DNA of 32,000 nt from assembly GCF_022493195.1 (NCBI RefSeq), contig NZ_CP028739.1. One strand, written 5' to 3'. The stretch's first letter is position 1. Each line of letters starts with the position of its first letter. The position numbers and the translations under genes were made by a program. Below are positions 1 through 9,330 of the stretch, piece by piece. Below the pieces are notes generated by a model, which worked only from the letters and a program-made list of their open reading frames with translations, did no database searches and had not been told where the DNA came from. Source of the DNA: Escherichia coli. Lineage in GTDB: Bacteria > Pseudomonadota > Gammaproteobacteria > Enterobacterales > Enterobacteriaceae.

Positions 1-1526
1 CTCCAGAAGCCAAAACCTGAAAGGCCAATAGACAAACCACCGCGCAGGCTTTCCGCCATTGATTCGTAGTTAGCGTAACAGTCGCCACCCCAGTGTACCG
101 GAAATTTCTGCGCACCAACGGAGGCCGAGCGGGCAAACAAGACGGCTTCTTCCTCACCAACGGTGTCCTTGAGCACGTTCCACACCAGTTCGTTGTAGAT
201 GTACGCATAATGGTTATGCATTTTCTGCGGATCGGAACCATCAAACCACTGAACATCGGTTGGAATACGTTCGCCAAAGTCGGTCTTAAAGCAATCAACG
301 CCCATCGCGACCAGACCTTTCAGTTTGTCGGCGTACCATTTGCAGGCATCCGGATTGGTAAAGTCATAAATCGCCAGACCTGGCTGCCATTTATCCCACT
401 GCCACAGCGAACCGTCCGGGCGTTTGAGTAAATAACCTTTCTCTTGTAACTCTTTAAAGACGGGGGATTTTTGCCCAATATAGGGGTTAATCCAGACGCA
501 GATTTTCAGCCCTTTCGCTTTCAGACGGCGGATCATCCCCTCCGGGTCCGGAAAAGTCAGCGGGTCCCACTCAAAATCGCACCACTGGAAGGCTTTCATC
601 CAGAAACAGTCAAAGTGGAAAACATGCAGCGGCAGATTGCGTTCCGCCATACCATCGATAAAGCTGTTTACCGTCGCTTCGTCGTAGTTGGTGGTAAATG
701 AAGTGGTTAGCCACAGACCGAAGGACCACGCGGGCGGCAGCGCCGGACGGCCAGTAAAACGGGTATAACGATCAAGTACCGCTTTCGGCGTCGGGCCGTC
801 GATAACAAAGTATTCGAGATATTCACTCTCAACGCTGAACTGTACTTTGGAGACTTTCTCTGCTCCCACTTCAAAAGAGACGCATTGAGGATGATTGACC
901 AGTACCCCATAACCACGGTTAGTCATATAAAACGGGATATTTTTATACGCCTGTTCAGTACTTGTGCCGCCGTCCCGGTTCCAGGTCTCTACCGTCTGGC
1001 CATTGCGCACCAGGGCAGTAAAGCGCTCTCCCAGACCGTAAACTGTTTCGCCAACGCCAAGATCCAGCCGCTCAAACATATAATTTCGTTGATTATTCGT
1101 GTCCTGCACGTAGCCGTTATTTTTCACCTGACTACCGGTAATACGTTCGCCGTTGCGCAGAAAATCCAGTGACCAGAACTCACCTTTACTGACACGCGCA
1201 CTTAAGTTGCCACTTTTAAACTCAGCGTAACGCTCTGTGTTTTCGATAGTGACCTTCACGTCCTGCAAAATATTGAGCGGGTAATGAGGACCGTTATTCA
1301 GCGCCCCCTGAAAATGCTCAATCCGTACACCGACAATACCTTCCTGTGGGGAGAAAAAGCGCAGCGTAAATAAAGGAGTATCAAGCTGCCAGGTACGTTC
1401 ACGCACATCACGAGGGGCAGCATAGACCACCATTTCATTACCCTGCTGTTCAACCTCGAACACCTGAAGCGGGTGAATCAAATTGAGGCCAGGTTGAATC
1501 AACCAGTTTCCGTCGCTAATTTTCAT
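1..1526 (-). CDS. yicI: alpha-xylosidase YicI (GH31); only the 5' portion is present because the gene runs off the left window edge
   Basis: I take the minus-strand frame to stay open from the window edge up to the ATG at 1526-1524, though I only translated the region near the start by hand. The first codons read [49 protein letters not shown], which I recognise as E. coli YicI. It is absent from the ORF track because no stop lies inside the window. A 9-nt gap to the yicJ stop fits a yicJI operon. Confidence 0.93.
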   Translation of the reverse strand, partial: MKISDGNWLIQPGLNLIHPLQVFEVEQQGNEMVVYAAPRDVRERTWQLDTPLFTLRFFSPQEGIVGVRIEHFQGALNNGPHYPLNILQDVKVTIENTERYAEFKSGNLSARVSKGEFWSLDFLRNGERITGSQVKNNGYVQDTNNQRNYMFERLDLGVGETVYGLGERFTALVRNGQTVETWNRDGGTSTEQAYKNIPFYMTNRGYGVLVNHPQCVSFEVGAEKVSKVQFSVESEYLEYFVIDGPTPKAVLDRYTRFTGRPALPPAWSFGLWLTTSFTTNYDEATVNSFIDGMAERNLPLHVFHFDCFWMKAFQWCDFEWDPLTFPDPEGMIRRLKAKGLKICVWINPYIGQKSPVFKELQEKGYLLKRPDGSLWQWDKWQPGLAIYDFTNPDACKWYADKLKGLVAMGVDCFKTDFGERIPTDVQWFDGSDPQKMHNHYAYIYNELVWNVLKDTVGEEEAVLFARSASVGAQKFPVHWGGDCYANYESMAESLRGGLSIGLSGFGFW

Positions 1527-1535
1527 TGCCGTTCC

Positions 1536-2918
1536 TTAGTTCTGCACTTCTTGAGAGGTGAATTGTTGCTGGCAACGGCGTTTGCCCTGCGCCAGCTGTT
1601 CCATAACGGTTTTCAGATTGTGCGTCGTGAGCGAGTAGTAGCGTTTAGCGATAATCGCGCTCAGCAAGTAACAGATCGCCGGAACAATCGTGAATAGCGC
1701 GATAATGATGCTAATTGTGGCGCTGTTCTGCGCTTTTTCTGCCGCATCATATCCGCCATAAGCCAGCATCCAGCCGATAAGGGCACCACCGAAGGCCAAC
1801 CCCAGTTTGAGCACAAACAGCGTGCCAGCAAAACTGATCCCGGTCAGGCGTTTACCATTGCACCACTCGCCGTAGTCGACGGTATCGGACATCATTACCC
1901 ACTGGATAGGTGTCACCAGTTGATGCAGCACACCAATCACGAAGATGAAGACAAACATGGTGATGCTGGCCTGCATAGGAACAAAGAACATCGCCAGGCT
2001 AATCACTGCCAGCAGGGCGTTCGTCCACCAGAAGATAGTGACTTTACATTTCCAGTCGGTCAGCGGTTTCGCCAGTGCGGAGCCAATCAGGTTACCCACG
2101 CAATAAGTGGTGAGAAAAGCGACAAACACTTCCGGCGTACCCAAAATCCATGTGACGTAATACATCATCGCCCCACCGCGTACGCACACCGCCAGGATAT
2201 TGAAAATTGTCAGGAAACCGACAATACGCCACTGGTCGTTTTGCCAGATATCACGTAAATCATCCCGCATAGACGTCGTTGTAGGTGGTGCTTCAACGCG
2301 TTCTTTAGTGGTGAAGAAACAGAATGCCAGCATCATAAATGCCACCACGGAAAGGACCGCGATACCGCCCTGGAAACCGAGTGGTTTATTATCACCACCA
2401 ATTAAATTAACCAGTGGCATCATCAGAACAGTAGAGAGCATGCCTCCCGCGGTCGCCAGCACAAAACGCCAGGATTGCAGCGAGATACGCTGAGTCGGGT
2501 CATTGGTGATTACACCACCCAATGCGCAGTAAGGGATATTGACGATGGTATAAAGTAAGGTAAGTAGAGTGTAAGTAATTGCTGCATAAATCATTTTTCC
2601 GTTCATACTGAGATCTGGCGTGCTATAGGCCAGTACACAGACGATCCCGAATGGCAGTGCGCCAAACAGTACCCACGGACGAAATTTACCCCAGCGAGAG
2701 CGCGTTCGATCGGCCAACAACCCCATGCAAGGATCGGAAATCGCATCCAGTGCACGAGCGACCAAAAACATGGTTCCGACAAATCCGGCAGGAATGCCAA
2801 AAATATCGGTATAAAAGAACATCATATATAACATTACGTTATCGAAAATAATGTGGCTGGCGGCGTCTCCCATGCCATAACCAATTTTCTCTTTAACGGA
2901 CAACACTTCACTCTTCAT
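1536..2918 (-). CDS. yicJ: GPH-family sugar:cation symporter YicJ
   Basis: The track ORF is 1536..2975. I place the start at the internal ATG 2918 (MKSEVLSVKEKIGYGMGDAASHIIFDN...), which gives 460 aa as I recall for K-12 YicJ. The protein is polytopic and hydrophobic throughout. Confidence 0.92.
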   Translation of the reverse strand: MKSEVLSVKEKIGYGMGDAASHIIFDNVMLYMMFFYTDIFGIPAGFVGTMFLVARALDAISDPCMGLLADRTRSRWGKFRPWVLFGALPFGIVCVLAYSTPDLSMNGKMIYAAITYTLLTLLYTIVNIPYCALGGVITNDPTQRISLQSWRFVLATAGGMLSTVLMMPLVNLIGGDNKPLGFQGGIAVLSVVAFMMLAFCFFTTKERVEAPPTTTSMRDDLRDIWQNDQWRIVGFLTIFNILAVCVRGGAMMYYVTWILGTPEVFVAFLTTYCVGNLIGSALAKPLTDWKCKVTIFWWTNALLAVISLAMFFVPMQASITMFVFIFVIGVLHQLVTPIQWVMMSDTVDYGEWCNGKRLTGISFAGTLFVLKLGLAFGGALIGWMLAYGGYDAAEKAQNSATISIIIALFTIVPAICYLLSAIIAKRYYSLTTHNLKTVMEQLAQGKRRCQQQFTSQEVQN

Positions 2919-3139
2919 CTGCTTTTCCTTGATGCTATAGGGGTGCTGAGACCGATAACGCATTTTGTAAACCATCCCTGCGAGAGCGAATATTCCGATA
3001 TCTGGTTATTAATTTATGATTCTTGTTTTATGTGATCGTGGTAGCGTTAATTTCGCTCATATATCATTGTAAAATATGAGTTTTATATGAACTATAATGT
3101 TTTCGTGATAATACGCTGCGTGTATTAGGCGGAAAAAAC

Positions 3140-3186
3140 TGATCTGGGGGATGTAGAAACTCAAGGAAGTAGCTATAATGCGCCCC
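3140..3186 (+). promoter_or_regulatory. putative selC promoter
   Basis: TATAAT lies at 3174-3179. It is followed by a GC-rich discriminator (gcgccccgcc), typical of stable-RNA promoters, about 30 nt upstream of the mature tRNA 5' end. I could not find a convincing -35. Confidence 0.35.
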
Positions 3187-3210
3187 GCCACCATGTAGCA
3201 ATCGAGGCGC

Positions 3211-3305
3211 GGAAGATCGTCGTCTCCGGTGAGGCGGCTGGACTTCAAATCCAGTTGGGGCCGCCAGCGGTCCCGGGCAGGTTCGACTCCTGTGATCTTC
3301 CGCCA
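3211..3305 (+). tRNA. selC: tRNA-Sec (selenocysteine, anticodon UCA)
   Basis: The 95-nt sequence GGAAGATCGTCGTCTCCGGTGAGGCGGCTGGACTTCAAATCCAGTTGGGGCCGCCAGCGGTCCCGGGCAGGTTCGACTCCTGTGATCTTCCGCCA matches E. coli selC as I remember it. The anticodon TCA is at 3245-3247. It has the long variable arm, the extended acceptor stem and an encoded CCA. Confidence 0.97.
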
Positions 3306-3315
3306 AAATGCCTCT
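3284..3315. repeat. direct repeat copy 1 (selC 3' end plus 10 nt downstream); att-like
   Basis: cgactcctgtgatcTTCCgccaaaatgcctct recurs at 4507-4534, identical except that the 4 nt TTCC are missing. Confidence 0.75.
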
Positions 3316-3357
3316 ACTGAACTCTCCCGACGTCAACAACACTCCTTCGGAGGTGAC

Positions 3358-4395
3358 ATGTCAGACAAAGACTTAACCCAGCCCCCAGCAGGCGAGTTTA
3401 TTATGTTTGCCAGCGGTGACGGAAGAGTGCGTGTTGAATGTCGCTTTGAGTCAGACACAATCTGGTTATCTCAGGCGGCAATGGCTGAACTGTACGATAA
3501 AGATGTTCGCACTATTAACGAACATTTAATCAATATATTTTCCGAAGGTGAACTTGTTCAAAACTCAACCATCCGGAAATTCCGGATAGTTCGCCAGGAA
3601 GGAAAACGTCAGGTTTCCAGAGAGATAGACCATTACAACCTCGAAGCCATTCTCGCTGTCGGCTATCGCGTTCGCTCGCCTCGAGGCACGCAATTCCGCC
3701 AGTGGGCCACCCAGACGCTTCAGGAATACCTGATCAAAGGTTTTGTGATGGACGATGAGCGGCTGAAGAATCCGCCTGTCGGTTCATCGGTTGTGCCCGA
3801 CTATTTTGATGAGATGCTTGAACGCATCCGCGATATTCGCGCCAGCGAGCGTCGGGTATATTTGCGGGTGCGGGAGATCTTTGCTTTAGCTGCCGACTAT
3901 CAGCCATCGCTTAAAGAAACCACGCAATTTTTTCAAACCATCCAGAATAAACTGCATTTTGCCTGTACCGGGCATACCGCTGCGGAACTCATCCACAAAC
4001 GAGCAGATGCCAGCCAGCCGCACATGGGCTTGACCAGTTATAAAGGTGAAGAGGTACGTAAGGGCGACGTGACGGTGGCAAAAAATTATCTCACCCAGGA
4101 TGAGGTCAGCGAACTTAATCGCGTGGTTAATATGTGGCTGGACTTTGCCGAGGATCAGGCCCGTCGTCGTCAGCAAGTCTTTTTGCGCGACTGGCAGGAT
4201 AAGCTGGATCAGTTCCTGCAATTTAACGACCGAGAGGTTCTACAGGGCGTTGGTAAAATCAGCAAGAAAATGGCCGATGAAAAAGCGCAGGCGGAGTATG
4301 TTCAGTTTGCCGAACAACAACGGCGCTTAAAAGAAGCCGAAGGCGAGAAGGATATCGCTGGTTTGCTACAGTGGAATAAAGAGTCGAAAAAGTAG
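3358..4395 (+). CDS. RhuM-family protein (345 aa)
   Basis: Track ORF 3229..4395 begins inside selC. The real start is ATG 3358, preceded by GGAGG at 3349-3353. The blocks FASGDGRVRVECRFESDTIWLSQAAMAELYDKDVRTINEHLINIFSEGEL and YNLEAILAVGYRVRSPRGTQFRQWATQTLQEYLIKGF are what I recognise as the RhuM family (Pfam RhuM / COG3943). The prototype is rhuM of Salmonella SPI-3, which is also selC-linked. Confidence 0.85.
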   Translation: MSDKDLTQPPAGEFIMFASGDGRVRVECRFESDTIWLSQAAMAELYDKDVRTINEHLINIFSEGELVQNSTIRKFRIVRQEGKRQVSREIDHYNLEAILAVGYRVRSPRGTQFRQWATQTLQEYLIKGFVMDDERLKNPPVGSSVVPDYFDEMLERIRDIRASERRVYLRVREIFALAADYQPSLKETTQFFQTIQNKLHFACTGHTAAELIHKRADASQPHMGLTSYKGEEVRKGDVTVAKNYLTQDEVSELNRVVNMWLDFAEDQARRRQQVFLRDWQDKLDQFLQFNDREVLQGVGKISKKMADEKAQAEYVQFAEQQRRLKEAEGEKDIAGLLQWNKESKK

Positions 4396-4403
4396 CCCGG
4401 AAT

Positions 4404-4437
4404 CCCCCCAAACGCCATACGCAAAACCATTTGGGGG
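4404..4437 (+). terminator. possible stem-loop downstream of the rhuM-like gene
   Basis: cccccaaa (4405-4412) pairs with tttggggg (4430-4437) across a 17-nt loop, 9 nt after the stop. No U-tract follows, so a terminator function is uncertain. Confidence 0.3.
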
Positions 4438-4506
4438 TACTTATGGGGTTACTCATTTATCAAATTCAAAATATAAACATTAAATCAATAACTTAACCAT
4501 CAAATG

Positions 4507-4534
4507 CGACTCCTGTGATCGCCAAAATGCCTCT
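4507..4534. repeat. direct repeat copy 2 (orphan selC 3'-end fragment); att-like
   Basis: cgactcctgtgatcgccaaaatgcctct matches 3284-3315 with a 4-nt deletion. It is not part of a complete tRNA. Confidence 0.75.
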
Positions 4535-4595
4535 TCAGTGATCCTCATCCTGCTTATTTCTGAGCAACCTGACCCTGCTGATGTATCTGGTAGTA

Positions 4596-4824
4596 TGACA
4601 GAGTGATTCGTTTTTCTTGCCGAGTGTACGAAAACGTCTTCCTTGCCACCGACTATCAACCGTCACTCAAAAAAACCTCTCTTTTTTTCAAGCTATCAAG
4701 AATAAGTTGCATTTTATCTGCACCGGACACCAGCCATCCATATATGGCTTTTACCTGCTACAAAGATGAAGAAGTGCATAAATGTGATGTTAAAACAATC
4801 AGAGAAAAATTACATGCGCAATAA
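4596..4824 (+). pseudogene. 5'-truncated, frameshifted remnant of a second, divergent rhuM paralogue
   Basis: Track ORF 4603..4824 reads ...VFLATDYQPSLKKTSLFF...HPYMAFTCYKDEEVHKCDV. This aligns with VREIFALAADYQPSLKETTQFF...QPHMGLTSYKGEEVRKGDV of the intact copy. The intervening FFQAIKNKLHFICTGH (compare FFQTIQNKLHFACTGH) is readable only in another frame. About 12 codons are deleted, and roughly the first 150 codons are absent. Confidence 0.65.
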
Positions 4825-4964
4825 TTTCACTATAACATTATAATCCATGGTGAAAATAACACTGCACAAGGATTGTCATCATCAAACTCATCGGAACTAT
4901 TTTTTCTGTCGTCATTGGTGTAATACTGATTGTAAGTATCCTTTCAGGAGATTATTTTTGCCGT

Positions 4965-5462
4965 GTGGGGCATGGAACTTGTAAAGCAGCCAAAAACGCT
5001 AGGCATTTAATTGAAAGTAAAGAGAAAAACAGAAGTAGTCGCGTCAAAGTCTTTAGCACACATATTAATTTGAGTCATCCAGCGGCATCCTGGCTAGCAA
5101 CTCAAACTTGCGCTAACAATATATTCAATCTGTTTCAAAACAATAATGCCCTTTATTTATTCGAAAACGATAATAAAATTGAACTGCGAATGGGGCATGA
5201 TTCTTTTTTCTCTATTGAAACGATTGATAAAATTAACAAAGAAAACATCAAAGAAATAAAACTAAAAAATGATACAACATATGTTTCTCTTCCTAATCCA
5301 ACCATTTTAATAACCACGACATCAACACCTGAACGACAGTTTTCTATTTCTGTTCTGGATGATGATAACAAAGAAAATCTACCTACCGATACCGCACCTT
5401 GTTTTACAATTGGTATTCCTGATGAATATACTAAAGCCATAGAGTTATTGAACATTAAATAA
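4965..5462 (+). CDS. hypothetical protein (165 aa from a GTG start), AT-rich orphan, possibly a frameshifted remnant
   Basis: This is the track ORF. I recognise no family. AT content is strikingly high by eye compared with the flanks. The same frame stays open upstream to 4860 and encodes a TM-like helix (KLIGTIFSVVIGVILIVSILS), but with no start codon. The only nearby ATG (4847) is in a different frame. Confidence 0.4.
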   Translation: MGHGTCKAAKNARHLIESKEKNRSSRVKVFSTHINLSHPAASWLATQTCANNIFNLFQNNNALYLFENDNKIELRMGHDSFFSIETIDKINKENIKEIKLKNDTTYVSLPNPTILITTTSTPERQFSISVLDDDNKENLPTDTAPCFTIGIPDEYTKAIELLNIK

Positions 5463-5628
5463 TTAAATTTCATATTGAGTTTTTTTAAACACCATATGAA
5501 TAATTGTTATATGTCATTATTTCCTCCATTCACTAAAACTGATTGATTACTCTACTCCCTCACCGTCATCGGTAGTGGTATCCTTAACGTATATTGATGA
5601 AAAGACAAAACAGTATGCAGAGGGAAAA

Positions 5629-6552
5629 ATGGGTTCCACCAGAAAGGGGATGCTGAACGTTCTGATTGCCGCCGTGTTGTGGGGAAGTTCAGGGGTCTGC
5701 GCGCAATACATCATGGAGCAAAGCCAGATGTCGTCGCAGTTTTTGACTATGACGCGTTTGATATTCGCCGGTTTGATTCTGCTGACGCTATCATTTGTTC
5801 ATGGTGATAAAATCTTTTCTATTATTAACAATCACAAAGATGCCATTAGCCTACTGATTTTTTCCGTGGTTGGCGCGCTAACCGTACAGCTCACTTTTTT
5901 GCTAACCATCGAAAAATCGAACGCAGCCACGGCAACGGTGCTGCAATTCCTCTCACCGACTATTATCGTCGCCTGGTTCTCACTGGTGCGTAAATCCCGC
6001 CCCGGCATCCTGGTTTTTTGCGCTATTTTGACATCGCTGATCGGGACTTTTTTATTGGTGACACACGGTAATCCGACGTCATTATCGATCTCTCCTGCCG
6101 CGTTATTCTGGGGGATTGCCTCGGCATTTGCTGCTGCATTCTATACCACCTATCCCTCAACGCTGATTGCCCGCTATGGCACGTTACCGGTCGTCGGCTG
6201 GAGTATGCTCATTGGCGGTCTGCTCCTGCTGCCCTTTTATGCCAGACAAGGGACAAACTTTGTCGTTAACGGCAGTTTGATTCTGGCGTTTTTTTATTTG
6301 GTGGTCATTGGTACGTCCCTGACATTTAGTCTGTACCTGAAAGGAGCACAATTAATTGGCGGTCCAAAAGCCAGCATTTTAAGCTGTGCAGAACCATTAA
6401 GTAGCGCGCTGCTCTCTTTGTTGTTGCTGGGGATCACCTTCACATTGCCGGACTGGCTGGGAACGCTGCTGATTCTGTCATCGGTGATTTTGATTTCAAT
6501 GGATTCCCGCCGCCGCGCCAGAAAAATAAATCGTCCGGCGCGGCATGAGTGA
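5629..6552 (+). CDS. yicL: EamA/DMT-family inner-membrane transporter YicL (307 aa)
   Basis: The track ORF is 5575..6552. ATG 5629 follows gagggaaaa and gives [27 protein letters not shown]..., which I recognise as K-12 YicL. Confidence 0.9.
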   Translation: MGSTRKGMLNVLIAAVLWGSSGVCAQYIMEQSQMSSQFLTMTRLIFAGLILLTLSFVHGDKIFSIINNHKDAISLLIFSVVGALTVQLTFLLTIEKSNAATATVLQFLSPTIIVAWFSLVRKSRPGILVFCAILTSLIGTFLLVTHGNPTSLSISPAALFWGIASAFAAAFYTTYPSTLIARYGTLPVVGWSMLIGGLLLLPFYARQGTNFVVNGSLILAFFYLVVIGTSLTFSLYLKGAQLIGGPKASILSCAEPLSSALLSLLLLGITFTLPDWLGTLLILSSVILISMDSRRRARKINRPARHE

Positions 6553-6555
6553 GAA

Positions 6556-7374
6556 TTACCAGCCAGGCACCGCGCCACCGTTAAAGATGGTTTCTGCCGC
6601 TTTAGCGACTTCGGGTGATTGATAAGATTGCAGAAATTCCTTCACGTTTTCTGCATTCTTATTATCTTCCCGTGCCACCAGAATATTCACATACGGCGAA
6701 TTTTTATCTTCAATAAATACGCTGTCGTTAACCGGAGAAAGTCCTGTTTGCTGGATGTAAGTGGTGCTGATAATCGCTACATCCACTTTCGGGTCGTCCA
6801 GTACACGTGGCAACTGTGCCCCTTCCAGCTCCATTATCTGCAAATGGCGTGGATTATCGGTTATATCCAACGCGGTAGGTAATAACCCTTTTCCTTCTTT
6901 CAGAGTAATTAGCTTCTCTTTTTGCAGCAGTAAAAGCGCGCGACCAAGGTTAGTCGGGTCGTTGGGGATCGCCACTGTCGCACCTTCTTTTATTTGCGCC
7001 ACTGTTTTGATTTTTTTGGAATAGCCCGCCATGGGGAAGACAAACGTATTTCCCACCGCTACCAGTTTATAACCATGCGCCTGATTATCTTGTTCAAGAA
7101 AGGGTCGATGCTGGAAGACGTTCGCATCAAGCTCGCCATGATTTGTCGCATCGTTCGGTAGCAACGAACCGCTAAATCCTACCAGTTCAACATCGAGACC
7201 ATATTTCTCTTTTGCTACCTTTTTAGCGACTTCCGCGACATCTTGTTCTGCGCCATTAATAACGCCAACTTTAATATGCTTTTCATCGCTGCTGCTCTGG
7301 TCGCAACCTGCCAGCAGAACTCCTGCCAGTAATAATGCGGCCCCCGCCCGTAGATGATGTGTTGTCAGTTTCAT
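6556..7374 (-). CDS. nlpA: lipoprotein-28 NlpA (MetQ-like methionine-binding lipoprotein)
   Basis: The 272-aa ORF has the lipobox LLAGC at residues 20-24 and is recognisably NlpA. It is convergent with yicL, with only 3 nt between the stops. Confidence 0.95.
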   Translation of the reverse strand: MKLTTHHLRAGAALLLAGVLLAGCDQSSSDEKHIKVGVINGAEQDVAEVAKKVAKEKYGLDVELVGFSGSLLPNDATNHGELDANVFQHRPFLEQDNQAHGYKLVAVGNTFVFPMAGYSKKIKTVAQIKEGATVAIPNDPTNLGRALLLLQKEKLITLKEGKGLLPTALDITDNPRHLQIMELEGAQLPRVLDDPKVDVAIISTTYIQQTGLSPVNDSVFIEDKNSPYVNILVAREDNKNAENVKEFLQSYQSPEVAKAAETIFNGGAVPGW

Positions 7375-7595
7375 TTTTTTATCCTTTTATTAATGATTAC
7401 CTGACTATAGCGGTAAGGTCGCTGCAGTTTAAAAAACGAAACGCTATCGATAAGAATAAAAAGGAATAAAAGTGGAATATAAAGTCTGGCACTTCTTACT
7501 GACCACGCAAACACCTTTCGTACAGCATGATGAGAGCGGCAAAAGCAAACTACACTTATGCTTCATTCGATGCACATTTGCAGAAGGTTGCCGCT

Positions 7596-7889
7596 ATGAA
7601 GCCAACGATGCTACTCATGATTACCGTATTCCTGATTTTTCCAGCCATTTCTCAGGCCGAGTCGCCATTCAGTTCTCTACAGTCGGCAAAAGAGAAAACC
7701 ACGGTATTGCAAGATTTACGTAAAATTTGCACGCCACAGGCGTCATTATCAGATGAAGCGTGGGAAAAGTTAATGTTGTCAGATGAAAACAATAAACAAC
7801 ATATACGCGAGGCCATCGTGGCGATGGAACGTAATAATCAGAGCAATTATTGGGAAGCGTTGGGTAAGGTAGAATGCCCGGATATGTAA
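7596..7889 (+). CDS. yicS: small secreted protein YicS (97 aa)
   Basis: The track ORF is 7527..7889. The internal ATG 7596 gives MKPTMLLMITVFLIFPAISQA/ESPF..., a classical signal peptide, and matches K-12 YicS as I recall it. Confidence 0.85.
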   Translation: MKPTMLLMITVFLIFPAISQAESPFSSLQSAKEKTTVLQDLRKICTPQASLSDEAWEKLMLSDENNKQHIREAIVAMERNNQSNYWEALGKVECPDM

Positions 7890-7929
7890 GAACGGCAACA
7901 ACCACTGACCAACGCTTCTTTACCTGATA

Positions 7930-9120
7930 TCAGGATTTCTTCATTTTCACCTTTGCAGTCACCAACAATGCAGTCAGCAACATCAATGTGCCGGACAACA
8001 TCAGCGGCGAAGTCAGACCAATGTTATCCAACACATAACCGCCGATTGCCGCACCGCAGGTGTTAGCAAGCTGAATAACGGCCACCTGAATAGATCCAGC
8101 CTTTTCTGCCTGATCGGCCAATGAGCGAGTGATCCACGTTGACCAACCAACGGGAATTAAAGCAAAGGTCAGCCCCCAGATAATCGCCACACCAGTAGCA
8201 ACAATTTTATCGCTTCCCCACAGCGTCAGTACCAGCGCGCTCAGGGCGAGCACAAACGGTGCGCCCGCTAAGGCCAGTTTCACCGAACGTTTGAGAATAA
8301 ACGACGAAAGCGATGTCCCGACAAAGCTGGCGATACCAAAACTCAGCAGCACCAGGGTTAAGCCATCAACACCGAATCCCGCCAGATTCATATACACTGG
8401 GCGAATATAAGTGAAAAAAGCAAACTGTCCGGCAAAGGACATAAAGATGGCGATCATCCCGGCCATCACTCCCGGACGTTGTAATAAGCGGAAAGTATTT
8501 TGTTTCTGATGCGAAGATTCACCTGGCAGCGAAGGCAGTGATTTGATAATCCAGAAAATACACAGCACGCCCATCGCCGCCGCCGCATTAAAGACATTGC
8601 GCCAACCGATAAGCTCGCCTAAAAAACTGCCCAACGGCGCAGCAATCACCAGCGCAATAGAAACCGCGCCGAAGATCACCGACAGCGCCTTCGGCACCGT
8701 ACGCGGCGGTACCAGACGCATGGTCAGCGACGCCGACATCGCCCAGAACCCGCCCAGCGCCAGCCCCAGACAGGCGCGACCGATTAACAGCAGACTGAAT
8801 GAGTTGGCAAAGGAAACCAGCAAACAGGAAAGCGTCAGCAAAACGGCGAACAGAATGACAACGTAGCGGCGGTCAGTGGCCTGAATGGTCTGGGTAATAA
8901 ACAAACTGGCAAACATCGCCACAAAGGCGGTCACGGTCACCGATTGCCCGGCAACCCCTTCCGAAATGCCTAAATCCTGGGCCATTGGCGTCAACAAACT
9001 GACAGGCAAAAACTCAACGATAATCAGACAGGCGACGCAAAACGCCACCGAGAAAACGGCTGACCAGTTCGGTCGGGTGATGGCATTCGCGCCGCGGTTT
9101 TCAGCAATAAATTCACTCAT
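7930..9120 (-). CDS. nepI: MFS purine ribonucleoside efflux pump NepI (396 aa)
   Basis: The track ORF is 7930..9285. ATG 9120 gives [27 protein letters not shown]..., recognisably NepI/YicM. The 55-codon upstream extension is not hydrophobic and runs into the repeat region. Confidence 0.92.
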   Translation of the reverse strand: MSEFIAENRGANAITRPNWSAVFSVAFCVACLIIVEFLPVSLLTPMAQDLGISEGVAGQSVTVTAFVAMFASLFITQTIQATDRRYVVILFAVLLTLSCLLVSFANSFSLLLIGRACLGLALGGFWAMSASLTMRLVPPRTVPKALSVIFGAVSIALVIAAPLGSFLGELIGWRNVFNAAAAMGVLCIFWIIKSLPSLPGESSHQKQNTFRLLQRPGVMAGMIAIFMSFAGQFAFFTYIRPVYMNLAGFGVDGLTLVLLSFGIASFVGTSLSSFILKRSVKLALAGAPFVLALSALVLTLWGSDKIVATGVAIIWGLTFALIPVGWSTWITRSLADQAEKAGSIQVAVIQLANTCGAAIGGYVLDNIGLTSPLMLSGTLMLLTALLVTAKVKMKKS

Positions 9121-9256
9121 GGTGTTACCCGTGGCATGTTTCAGGGGAAAAGCCGACCAGTCTAACATTGAAATGTGTGATGCATTTAACGTTTTTGCAA
9201 CTTTTACGATGTTGCTTGAGCTGGAGTTAAGATCGAAACGGAACAGGGCAAAGATT

Positions 9257-9328
9257 ACCGGATGCGGTGTGAACGCCTTATCCACCCACCAGGTCAGGCG
9301 CGGTCTGTAGGCTGATAAGACGAAACGG
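9257..9328. repeat. degenerate REP/BIME element
   Basis: ccggatgcggtgtgaacgccttatccacccac ... ctgtaggctgataagacgaaacgg resembles the canonical REP motifs (GCCGGATGCGGCGTGAACGCCTTATCCGGCCTAC and the inverted GTAGGCCTGATAAGACG...). It lies between the yicN stop and the nepI promoter. Confidence 0.6.
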
Positions 9329-9330
9329 TT

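Noticed and set aside
3229-3357. The 5' extension of the 388-aa track ORF across the selC tRNA gene
   Set aside because: It overlaps the tRNA-Sec gene itself and has no SD. The internal ATG 3358 has GGAGG upstream and marks where RhuM-family similarity begins.
5153-5473. A 106-aa minus-strand ORF antisense to the 165-aa orphan
   Set aside because: It is an antisense shadow in AT-rich DNA with no recognisable features. I cannot exclude it, but there is nothing to support it.
9181-9199. A PurR-box-like imperfect palindrome (tgcatttAACGTTtttgca) upstream of the purine-nucleoside exporter gene nepI
   Set aside because: Only the central AACGTT and the outer GCA/TGC match. The half-site spacing and A/T runs differ from the 16-bp PurR operator consensus (ACGCAAACGTTTTCNT), so I do not call it.
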